Source: an uncultured Planctomycetia bacterium
Lineage (GTDB): Bacteria; Planctomycetota; UBA8108
NCBI GenBank assembly: GCA_964478085.1
Contig: CAYZGY010000002.1
Span: forward strand, 1 to 33,102
Length of the DNA: 33,102 nt
Direction: 5' to 3'
Below, in pieces: positions 24,545-32,489 of the stretch; position 1 is the first letter of the stretch, and the number at the start of each line of letters is the position of its first letter. The notes beneath the pieces were generated by a model that was not told the origin of the DNA, did not search any database, and worked only from the letters and a program-made list of their open reading frames with translations. Both the position numbers and the translations under genes were made by a program.

Positions 24545-27163
24545 TCACTCGCGAGCGACCGAAACCCGTACCCGATCGCGTCCGGGAACGAAGTCCTCTC
24601 GGCGGACTCGCACCTTCCCATCGACGCGCACCGTCAGCCCGACACCGAGCTCCGCCGCGCGCGCGCTCCCCGCACGCGCCCACGTCACGTCGACCGAGTG
24701 ACCGTGAAACGGAATTCCGAGTCCCGCGAAGTGATCGAAGCCCATCGGAAGCGGGAAGACCTCGAACTCGTCGCCTTCTCCCGGCTGCATGCCGACGACA
24801 TGACCGAGGAAGATGTCGATCCACCACGAGTGCATGTAATCGCGAAAGCCGCTGAGCGGATCGCCCGTGATCGGATCGTAACGCTCGAAGAAGTCGGCAC
24901 GCGGCCGCAGATGATTCCCCACGGCTCGACGCAGGAGCTCGGCCACGTGAGGAAGCGATGCCGGGTCGTGCTCCTTCGCCGCTCGCGCGTAGGCCTCGAT
25001 GACGTGCGAGGTCGCCGCAGGCCACGAAGGCCCCTGCCAGAACTTGCGCGGACCGAAGCCCGGTTGGTTCTTCGCGAGCGCGGGGATCGGTCGCGGAAGC
25101 CAGAACTCCTCGGGATTGAGCAGGTGTTTCGCGAAGACCTCGAAATGACGCTGATCGGCGGCTCCTGCGAAGAAGGGATAGAACGTCGTGATGGTCAGGA
25201 GCGGCGAAAGCTCCTTCGTCTCGGGGTGACGATCGTGAAAGCGCTTCTCGGTGTCGTTCCAAAGAAGCGTCGAGAGAGCGTGCGCGGCGAGCTTCGCGTA
25301 GCCCTCGAAGCGTTCACGATCGCGATCGTTCTTGAGAACTCGCGCCATGCTCGCGACGGCGGAGAGATTGGCGTAGGCGTAGCTCGTCGCGTCGACGGCG
25401 TCGTAGCGCAGCTTGGCGTCGGGCCAACGAAACAAATCGTCCATGCCCGTCTCGAGCTGGTGGTCAAGGACGAAGAGACCGTCGCCGTTCGCGTCGCGAT
25501 CACGAATCCACCACTCGACGTTTCGCTTCATCGCCGAGTAGAGCTTGATGAGATCACGCTGGCGTCCGTGGACGAGGTAGTGCTTCCACGCGGCGTGCGG
25601 CAAGAGCGAGAGGCCCGTGCGCGAGCGGTGGTGGAGCGGCACCTCGTTAGTATCGGGCGCGGTGTACCACGGAAAGCGGCCGTCGTCGTAAGCAGCGAGC
25701 GCCATGCTGGCGATGTGGCCGAAGCCGACCTTTCGTTTCACCGACCAGTTGAGGTCGAAGGCCATGTACGGCGCGCTGTAGCAGCAGTAGGTCTGATAGG
25801 CCTGTCGACCTTCGAGCACGACGGGATACTTGAGGTAGCCGAGGTCGCCACCCGTCGTCGAGAACTTGAGGAGGAACCAGCGAAAAGCGTAGAGCTCCTC
25901 GAAGCCCGCGTCGGAACACTCGAAGCGCGGCACGTCATCGGCGTAGAACGAGGCCCACTTCTTCTGATTTCCCGCGATGACATCGCCGCCCGCGAGTGCA
26001 CGAAAGAGTGCCTTGCCCGCTTTCGAGGCGTCGGGATCGAAGGCACACGCCGCGACCAAACGCTCGCGGTTTCGAGGCGGCACGCGTACCTCGTAGACGA
26101 GCCGGTAGGCGCCGGGCGTGTCGACGTCGACCTCCTTCGGCGCGCGATCCGCTCCGACCGCCATCGCGAGTCCGCCAAAGAGGCTCGGAAAGACATTGTG
26201 GTCATGGAGCAGAACACCGTTGGCGATGCGGCGTGACGACTTCTTTCCGCCAGGCTTCCCACGCCAACCGCGCGAGCCGCGACCATCACCCTCGATGACG
26301 ACGCGATGGGTGACCTCTTCCTGCGTCGGGTTATCGAGCCAGTATTCGACGAAAACGACGTCCTCGTCCGTCACGCAGACCCGGCGCTGCTCGCGAACGC
26401 TGCTCGATGCGCGCACGACGCGCTTCTCGGTTCCTGCGGGAGGCGGCGCCACACCCTTCGAGCGACGGACGATGATCTGGTCGACGTTGACGTTCGGTCG
26501 ATCCGATCCCGTTCCCTCGGGCGAGACGACGACGTGATCGGGATACCAGAGAACCGTCGTGCCGTCCGCCGCGCTGAAGATGTTTCCGAGCTCGTGCGTC
26601 GAGAAGAAGAAGCGCGACGGTCGCCCGGTGTAAAGAGCGATGTTCTTGCCGTGACCGACGCTGTTCTTGTCTCGCCGACCACCGACGCGCGCGAGCACGG
26701 CGGGAGGCTCGGACTCGATCCTCGGCAAGAGCTCGACGGGGCTCGGCCCGCGTACGGTCAATCGCAACTTGTGCTTCCCTGCCGCGAGCTCGGGGATCTC
26801 GAGAGCGCTCGTCTTGAACTCTGCCTTCGTGCTTCCCCAACCGCCGGTCGACTCGTAACCGATCGTGCCGACCTCCTTGCCGTCGCCCTCGACCTTCCAC
26901 GATCCCGTCCCGGCCATCTTACGCGCGTAGCGCACGACGATCGACGCCGGTGAAAGCGCCTTCTCGAGCTCGAGCTCGTACTCGGCGAAGTGGCCGGCTC
27001 GCGCTCCCCACTCCATCCCGAGAACCTCGCCGCCCGAAGCCGCGGCCTTGCGATCCTGACCGATCGATCCCGTCTGTCGAGCGGGCCGTTCGGCCTCGAG
27101 GATCACGCCCTGGGCACCGAGCGAGGCGGAGAGAAGCGAACAAAGGGCGAGAAGACGCGTCAT
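24545..27163 (-). CDS. Secreted glycoside hydrolase: N-terminal carbohydrate-binding-module-like domain plus (alpha/alpha)6-barrel catalytic domain (GH63/MGH1/trehalase-like)
   Basis: ATG 27163 gives MTRLLALCSLLSASLGAQG (signal). ILEAERPA...AASGGEVLGMEW...AEYELELE...IVVRYA is CBM6/35-like. The C-terminal half (DRDANGDGLFVLDHQLETGMDDLFRWPD..., FWQGPSWPAATSHVIEAY, YDPITGDPL) is typical of six-hairpin glycosidases. Confidence 0.65.
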   Translation of the reverse strand: MTRLLALCSLLSASLGAQGVILEAERPARQTGSIGQDRKAAASGGEVLGMEWGARAGHFAEYELELEKALSPASIVVRYARKMAGTGSWKVEGDGKEVGTIGYESTGGWGSTKAEFKTSALEIPELAAGKHKLRLTVRGPSPVELLPRIESEPPAVLARVGGRRDKNSVGHGKNIALYTGRPSRFFFSTHELGNIFSAADGTTVLWYPDHVVVSPEGTGSDRPNVNVDQIIVRRSKGVAPPPAGTEKRVVRASSSVREQRRVCVTDEDVVFVEYWLDNPTQEEVTHRVVIEGDGRGSRGWRGKPGGKKSSRRIANGVLLHDHNVFPSLFGGLAMAVGADRAPKEVDVDTPGAYRLVYEVRVPPRNRERLVAACAFDPDASKAGKALFRALAGGDVIAGNQKKWASFYADDVPRFECSDAGFEELYAFRWFLLKFSTTGGDLGYLKYPVVLEGRQAYQTYCCYSAPYMAFDLNWSVKRKVGFGHIASMALAAYDDGRFPWYTAPDTNEVPLHHRSRTGLSLLPHAAWKHYLVHGRQRDLIKLYSAMKRNVEWWIRDRDANGDGLFVLDHQLETGMDDLFRWPDAKLRYDAVDATSYAYANLSAVASMARVLKNDRDRERFEGYAKLAAHALSTLLWNDTEKRFHDRHPETKELSPLLTITTFYPFFAGAADQRHFEVFAKHLLNPEEFWLPRPIPALAKNQPGFGPRKFWQGPSWPAATSHVIEAYARAAKEHDPASLPHVAELLRRAVGNHLRPRADFFERYDPITGDPLSGFRDYMHSWWIDIFLGHVVGMQPGEGDEFEVFPLPMGFDHFAGLGIPFHGHSVDVTWARAGSARAAELGVGLTVRVDGKVRVRREDFVPGRDRVRVSVARE

Positions 27164-27257
27164 CCGGGGAGCCTTTCGTTTGTGATGGGTCACCACGACA
27201 TTCTAAACTATTCCGTAGCGCGGAACGCCAGCCACACTTCGCGCAGGAGGGCTCGGA

Positions 27258-28100
27258 ATGAACGCTCGGAACACGCTTCCCGTCGGTATCGCTGTTCTAG
27301 CTCTTCTCTGAGTTCCCTCGAACGGCGCGGCCGACTCGACAGACTCGATGCCCTGCGCGGATGTCGTCGACTGCCCCCACTCGACGACGCGCACCTGCGC
27401 AACGTGGAAGTACCACTTCGAGGCGGAGCCTGTCTCCGGACGACCGTGTTCTATCGAATCATCGGCTCGCCGGGCGACGAGAGCCCGATCTCGTTCTGCG
27501 ACACCGCCCTCGAGTGGCGTCGCCTCGCCATCCGTGTCAGACGAACGAGATCTACGCGAGGAACTTCAAGCCACGCGAGTCGTCGTTCCTGTCGCTGCTC
27601 CATGCCGGCGCGTCGATTCGCGTCGAGGACGGCCCCCCCTGTTCCGCCAGGATCGACGACGGATGCCACGACCCCTCCGTCGAACACGGCCGCTGAACCG
27701 GGCGCGTTTCGCCGAGGTGACGCCAACCTCGACGATCGACTCGACCTGAGCGACGCGAGCTACACGCTGAGCTATCTCTTCCTCGGTCGTCCGACATCTC
27801 TCGACTGCGAGGACGCGGCCGACTCGAACGACGACGGAACGGTCAAGGTGGCCGACGAGAGCTACACACTCGCGTACCTCTTCCGCGGCGCGACGCCACC
27901 GCCAGCTCCGCTCGATCATTGCACGATCGACCCGACCCCTGACGCGCTCACCTGCACGAGCTTCTCGCCCTGCGAGCCGGAGCCGGTTCCGCCGTCCTTC
28001 GGCGATCTTCCTCGGAGACTTCGACCGAGACGGCAGACTTGACGTCGCGACGTCGAGCTGGCAAGTAGAGACGCGCGTTTCGATGTATTTCTCTCGTTAA
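27258..28100 (+). pseudogene. Heavily decayed gene for an exported dockerin-like / FG-GAP-repeat protein (in-frame TGA, at least 4 frameshifts, 3' truncation)
   Basis: AGGAGG lies 7 nt before ATG 27258. MNARNTLPVGIAVLALL is followed by TGA (27309..27311). The same frame continues VPSNGAADSTDSMPCADVVDCPHSTTRTCATWKYHFEAEPVSG. Coding-like text (high GC3) then hops frames: TTVFYRIIGSPGDESPISFCDTALEWRRLAIRV, then QTNEIYARNFKPRESSFLSLLHAGASIRVEDGPPCSARIDDGCHDPSVEHG, then GAFRRGDANLDDRLDLSDASYTLSYLFLGRPTSLDCEDAADSNDDGTVKVADESYTLAYLFRGATPPPAP..., then FLGDFDRDGRLDVATSSWQVETRVSMYFSR, ending at TAA 28098..28100. Confidence 0.65.
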
Positions 28101-28125
28101 CCGGCTGACACGACCCGCAGATACC

Positions 28126-29166
28126 TTGACCGATCGCATCAACCGCCACTGGCGTCTCGCCGCTCACCCCGAAGGGCTCGCGAAAGCATCCGATTTCGAA
28201 TGGCGCGAGTCGCCCGTACGCACGCTCGAGGACGACGAGCTGCTCGTCCGCGTGCTCTACCTCTCGCTCGACCCGGCCACGCGCGCGTGGATCAGCGAGT
28301 ACGAGTCGTACGTCAAACCCGTGGCCGTCGGCGAGATCGTACGCGGCGCGACGATCGGCGAGGTGGTCGAGTCTCGGAACGCCCGGTTCGCCGCGGGCGA
28401 CATCGTCACGGGTGCGCTCGGTTGGCAGAGCTTCGGGATCTCAGACGGCAAAGGCCTCCTCAAGATCTCGAACGCGGCGCATTTGCCGATCCCGCTCAGC
28501 GACTGGTTCGCGGTCTTCGGACACGTCGGCCTGACGGCGTACGTCGGGCTTCTCGACATCGGCCAGCCGAAGAGCGGTGAGACGCTCGTCGTCTCGGCGG
28601 CGGCCGGCGCGGTCGGGTCGCTCGTCGGGCAGATCGGCAAGATTCACGGGCTACGCGTCGTCGGCATCGCGGGCGGCGAGGAGAAGTGCCGCTGGGTCAC
28701 GGAGGAGTGCGGCTTCGACGCGGCGATCGACTACAAATCGGAGGACGTGCCCGAACGTCTCAAAGAGCTCTGCCCCGACGGCATCGACATCGACTTCGAG
28801 AACGTCGGCGGTGAGATTCTCGAGGCGGTCATCGGCCGCCTCGCGCAGAACGCGCGAATCGTCCTCTGCGGCATGATCTCGCAGTACAACGTCACTGAGG
28901 CACCGCCGGGACCTCGCAACCTCGTCAACGTCTTGATGAAGCGTGGGCGTATCGAAGGCTTCATCGCGCTCGATCATTACGCGCGAGCACCCGAGGCCTT
29001 CCGCGATCTCGGGACGTGGTGCGCCGAGGGACGACTGATGTACCGCATGGACATCGTCGACGGGCTCGAAAACGCGCCCATCGCGCTCAACAAGCTCTTC
29101 GACGGGTCGAATCGTGGCAAGCTGATGATTCGCGTCGCCGAATCAGCGTCTTCGACGACCGGATGA
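28126..29166 (+). CDS. NADP-dependent medium-chain oxidoreductase (YncB/CurA, alkenal/one reductase - prostaglandin reductase family)
   Basis: 346 aa with a TTG start. Motifs: LYLSLDPATRAW, TAYVGLLDIGQPKSGETLVVSAAAGAVGSLVGQIGK (AxxGxxG NADP fold), IDFENVGG, NRGKLMIRV tail. Confidence 0.88.
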   Translation: MTDRINRHWRLAAHPEGLAKASDFEWRESPVRTLEDDELLVRVLYLSLDPATRAWISEYESYVKPVAVGEIVRGATIGEVVESRNARFAAGDIVTGALGWQSFGISDGKGLLKISNAAHLPIPLSDWFAVFGHVGLTAYVGLLDIGQPKSGETLVVSAAAGAVGSLVGQIGKIHGLRVVGIAGGEEKCRWVTEECGFDAAIDYKSEDVPERLKELCPDGIDIDFENVGGEILEAVIGRLAQNARIVLCGMISQYNVTEAPPGPRNLVNVLMKRGRIEGFIALDHYARAPEAFRDLGTWCAEGRLMYRMDIVDGLENAPIALNKLFDGSNRGKLMIRVAESASSTTG

Positions 29167-29167
29167 T

Positions 29168-29956
29168 TCACGCGGCGCAAGACGACGCGGCGTTCGTGCA
29201 ATCGTCGTCCTCGCTCGCGGCCTCGCATTCGGGGAAGGGTGCAGGCGGCGGAGAGCCGTTCTGAAACTTGAAGACGATGTTGTAGATCGCGTCGGAGCCG
29301 TCGACACGTCCGTCACCGTTGCAGTCGCCGGCCGGCGCGCAGGTCGAGGCAGCGCCGCCGCGGAAGAGCTCGTTGAAGATCCAGACGGCGTCGCCGATGT
29401 CGACGCGGACGGCGCGAGCTGCATCTCGAGAATCGTTCCCGTGCCACGCGTATCGAGCTCCACACGGTCGATGAGCGAGAGGACGACCGCGGAGACGACG
29501 CCGGGTCCTTGGTCGTTGAGGTCGGGATTGATGAGAAACGTCGCCTCGAAGCCGCGCGTGCGAAGGCCGCCGTCGTCAAGGTCGTCGCCCATCGTGCCGT
29601 CGCCCCGTCGCGTCAACGATGCTGAGACCTTCGGAGAGCGACACGCTCGGCGACCACGCGTAGACGCCAGGCTCATCGGGCGTCAATTGAGAGACGACAC
29701 CGACGAACATCGAAGCGACGCCTTCGGATGCGTCGATCCTCTTTTCGACGAGCGCGCGAGAGTCATCTGCGGCGTCACACGAGGACGTAGCCCCCGTGAA
29801 GACCTCGTTCGTCTGACCGTGGTTCTCCGTTTGGAAGATCACGGAGGTCGGATCGTCACAAATCTGTGCTGCGACCGGGCTCGATGCACCGCATGAAATC
29901 AGTACGGCTACGAGAGCGACCGCGCCTGGTTCGAATCTTCTCGACGACTTCGACAT
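29168..29956 (-). pseudogene. Lipoprotein with C-terminal dockerin-like repeat, split by two frameshifts at short homopolymers
   Basis: ATG 29956 gives MSKSSRRFEPGAVALVAVLISCGASS (lipobox LISC), continuing ...SVSLSEGLSIVDATG. Frame change at the C4 run 29603-29606. Then DGTMGDDLDDGGLRTRGFEATFLINPDLNDQGPGVVSAVVLSLIDRVELDTRGTGTILEMQLA. Frame change near 29405-29420. Then (hand translation) VRVDIGDAVWIFNELFRGGAASTCAPAGDCNGDGRVDGSDAIYNIVFKFQNGSPPPAPFPECEAASEDDDCTNAASSCAA, ending at TGA 29168..29170. Confidence 0.6.
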
Positions 29957-29977
29957 CAATTTCCCCTCGAGGTTTCC

Positions 29978-30208
29978 GTGGCACAATTGATCGTCCGAAA
30001 CATCGACGAAGAGCTCGTTCGGCAACTCAAGATTCGGGCAGCCCAGCACGGCCGTTCCGCGGAAGCAGAGCATCGAGAGATCCTTCGGCAGGCCCTCGGT
30101 TCGGGCCGTCGGGGGTCGATCAAGTCCGTACTGCTCGAGATGCCCGATGGTGGCGACGACGAGGACTTCGCCAGAGTTCAAGATCGAGGGCGCTCGGTAG
30201 AGATTTGA
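29978..30208 (+). CDS. vapB: Type II antitoxin, ribbon-helix-helix (FitA/VapB-like)
   Basis: 76 aa. MAQLIVRNIDEELVRQLKIRAAQHGRSAEAEHREILRQAL is the classic Arc/MetJ-type antitoxin N-terminus, followed by an acidic tail. Its stop overlaps the toxin start (TTGA). Confidence 0.8.
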   Translation: MAQLIVRNIDEELVRQLKIRAAQHGRSAEAEHREILRQALGSGRRGSIKSVLLEMPDGGDDEDFARVQDRGRSVEI

Positions 30209-30651
30209 GCTACCTCATCGAGACGAACGTCATCTCTGAGCTTCGCAAAGGGAAGGGGGCGGACCTGAATGTGGCCGATTGGTTCTCGGGAGTTTCCGAT
30301 GAGGAGATCTTCCTGAGCGTGCTGACCATCGGCGAGATTCGCCGGGGCATCGAGAATGTCACCCGCCGCGACCCAACGTCGGCGAAGGCACTTTCGGCGT
30401 GGCTCGCCAAGCTCCTGGCAGCGCACGCGGATCGCGTTCTACCGATCACCACGCCCATCGCCGAGCAGTGGGGGAGATTTCAAGTCCCGAACCCGCTCCC
30501 GGTCATCGACTGCCTGCTCGCCGCGACCGCACACGTTCACGGGCTCACGCTGGTTACTCGCAATGTTGCAGATGTCGAGTGCACCGGTGTTCACGTGATG
30601 AATCCGTGGTCCGACTCCGAGGAATCAGACCACACCAGTACCAATTCGTAG
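30205..30651 (+). CDS. vapC: PIN-domain ribonuclease toxin
   Basis: TTG 30205 gives MSYLIETNVISELRKGKGADLNVADWF...LSVLTIGEIRRGI...VIDCLLAATAHVHGLTLVTRNVADVE, the canonical VapC/FitB layout. 148 aa. Confidence 0.85.
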   Translation: MSYLIETNVISELRKGKGADLNVADWFSGVSDEEIFLSVLTIGEIRRGIENVTRRDPTSAKALSAWLAKLLAAHADRVLPITTPIAEQWGRFQVPNPLPVIDCLLAATAHVHGLTLVTRNVADVECTGVHVMNPWSDSEESDHTSTNS

Positions 30652-30667
30652 ATCTGCTACCGACAGA

Positions 30668-32311
30668 CTAGGTCGTACGCACCGAGTAGCGTCGATAGAG
30701 GAGCTCCTTGCGTAGCGCATTGCGCTCCTCGCTCGCACCTTGAAGCTTGCCTTTGAAGACGAGCTCCTTGAGACGGCCGGCGAAGTACTCGAAGAGCTGG
30801 GCGTGGTGGACGAGATCGCGGTCGGCGCTCTTGAGAGCGGCCTCGCGGAGCTTCGGGAAGTCCTTCTCGAGCATCTCGTGAACGACTTTCACCGAGGCCT
30901 CGTTGCCGCTGTCGAGCGCGAGCCGGATGGTCTCCATGCCGATGACGAGCTTGCTGTAGACGTCAACCTTCTCGTTCGCCGGCTTCGTCTTCGTCTTCGA
31001 GCCCGAACGCACCGAGACCGTCCGCTCGAGCGTGTTGCGGCGCAGCGGCGCGACGCGCTCGTAGCGGAGACGGAAGTCCGTCGGAAAGAGGCGCGCCGGG
31101 CGATCGCTCGGCGGGAACTGAATGCGTAGGAGAAGACTGCGCTGCTCGCCAGGGACGAGGTCGGCGAGAGCGAGCTCGTCGACGCCTTCCTTCGGGTTCG
31201 GGAACTCGAGACCGTGCGCGCTGAGGACCTGCGCACCTTCGTTCGTCACGACGCGAAGGCGCACGTTGCGCGCGTAGACGTGAAGCATCGTCTCGAGCTC
31301 GCGTCCGAGCACCTCGCCGACTTCCCGCGCGTTCTGCACGTAAGCGAATCGCCCGTCGCCTTCGCGTGCGAGCTCGGAAAGGAATGGCGCGTCCATCTGA
31401 CGTCCGACTCCGATGACGCTGAGCTGCACACCCTTCTGTGCATGACGACGAAGCGCCATGCTGACGAAGCGCCACGCACCGGCGCCACCGCGACCGGCTT
31501 CGCCGTCGGTGACGAGGACGACATGTCCGGCCTCACCGTCTTCGAGGACGATCGACTCCATGTGCGAGTAGCCTTCATCGAGCGCGGTCGCGAGCTGACC
31601 GCTTCCCCTGGGCTGAAGCGCATCGACCATCGCGTGCAGCTCGGCCTTGTCGGCCTTCTCCGTCGTGCGGAGCGCGACACGGACACGGTCCGTGACGATC
31701 ACGAGTGACGCACGATCGCCGGGGAAGATCTGATCGATGAGATAGTGGCTCGACGCGCGTAGAAGCTCGAGCTTCTCGGGCTCGCGCATCGATTCGGAGG
31801 CGTCGATGACGAACGTGATGTTGTTGCCGTCACGCTGCGCCGACTTCCGGCTCGGCGCGGAGATGCGGACACGAACGTCGACGATGTCTCCATCGGGGGA
31901 GATCACCTGCTCGGCCGACTGGATGTCGAGACCGACGAGCTCGCCGCCGTCGTGATGGACGGGATCGTTGCGCTTGGTGATGAAGTATCGCGAGGGATAC
32001 TCGTGCTCGTAGGAGGTGTTGAACTCTTCGTGGCCCGACCCGTAGCGACCGCTGTAATTGACCGAGTTGCTGCTGTGAGTCACGCCCTCGGTGACCCACA
32101 TGAGCTTGCGATGCGGCACGGTGTACGAGTAGCCGTCGGGCCCGTCGCCATCATTGCGCCGGACCACACCCGATTTGTGGGAAGGGTTCGGGGAGCTGAC
32201 CGGGCGGAAATTGAAGAGGCTCGTCCTTTCGCGAGCCTGGCGGGTTTGGCAGCCCGAGACCGCGACGTGGACGACTGCGACAGAGACGACGAGAAAAAGA
32301 GTTCTTTGCAT
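30668..32311 (-). CDS. von Willebrand factor type A (vWA) domain lipoprotein with N-terminal and C-terminal helical extensions
   Basis: I chose ATG 32311: MQRTLFLVVSVAVVHVAVSGC (lipobox). The MIDAS motif is ITFVIDASESM, then LVIVTD...GSGQLATAL...VVLVTDGEA. The C-terminal ~200 aa are not recognisable. Confidence 0.75.
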   Translation of the reverse strand: MQRTLFLVVSVAVVHVAVSGCQTRQARERTSLFNFRPVSSPNPSHKSGVVRRNDGDGPDGYSYTVPHRKLMWVTEGVTHSSNSVNYSGRYGSGHEEFNTSYEHEYPSRYFITKRNDPVHHDGGELVGLDIQSAEQVISPDGDIVDVRVRISAPSRKSAQRDGNNITFVIDASESMREPEKLELLRASSHYLIDQIFPGDRASLVIVTDRVRVALRTTEKADKAELHAMVDALQPRGSGQLATALDEGYSHMESIVLEDGEAGHVVLVTDGEAGRGGAGAWRFVSMALRRHAQKGVQLSVIGVGRQMDAPFLSELAREGDGRFAYVQNAREVGEVLGRELETMLHVYARNVRLRVVTNEGAQVLSAHGLEFPNPKEGVDELALADLVPGEQRSLLLRIQFPPSDRPARLFPTDFRLRYERVAPLRRNTLERTVSVRSGSKTKTKPANEKVDVYSKLVIGMETIRLALDSGNEASVKVVHEMLEKDFPKLREAALKSADRDLVHHAQLFEYFAGRLKELVFKGKLQGASEERNALRKELLYRRYSVRTT

Positions 32312-32489
32312 CGCTCTCACCTTCAGCTGGAGGAAGTTCCGCTGTCGACCATCTCTCGACGCGGCTACAGTGAGCTGTCCTTCGTGCCGGCGAGCCCACT
32401 CCTGGGTCCTCGGGCACATCCTATCGACGCCCCGGAATTCGGGGCTATTCAATTCGGGGACGTAAATCGACAAGAGCTCACGGATTCAG

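Noticed and set aside
27309-27311. In-frame TGA after the signal peptide as a possible selenocysteine codon
   Set aside because: There is no Cys/Sec-type redox context and no obvious downstream stem-loop. The gene contains at least four additional frameshifts, so it is simply decayed.
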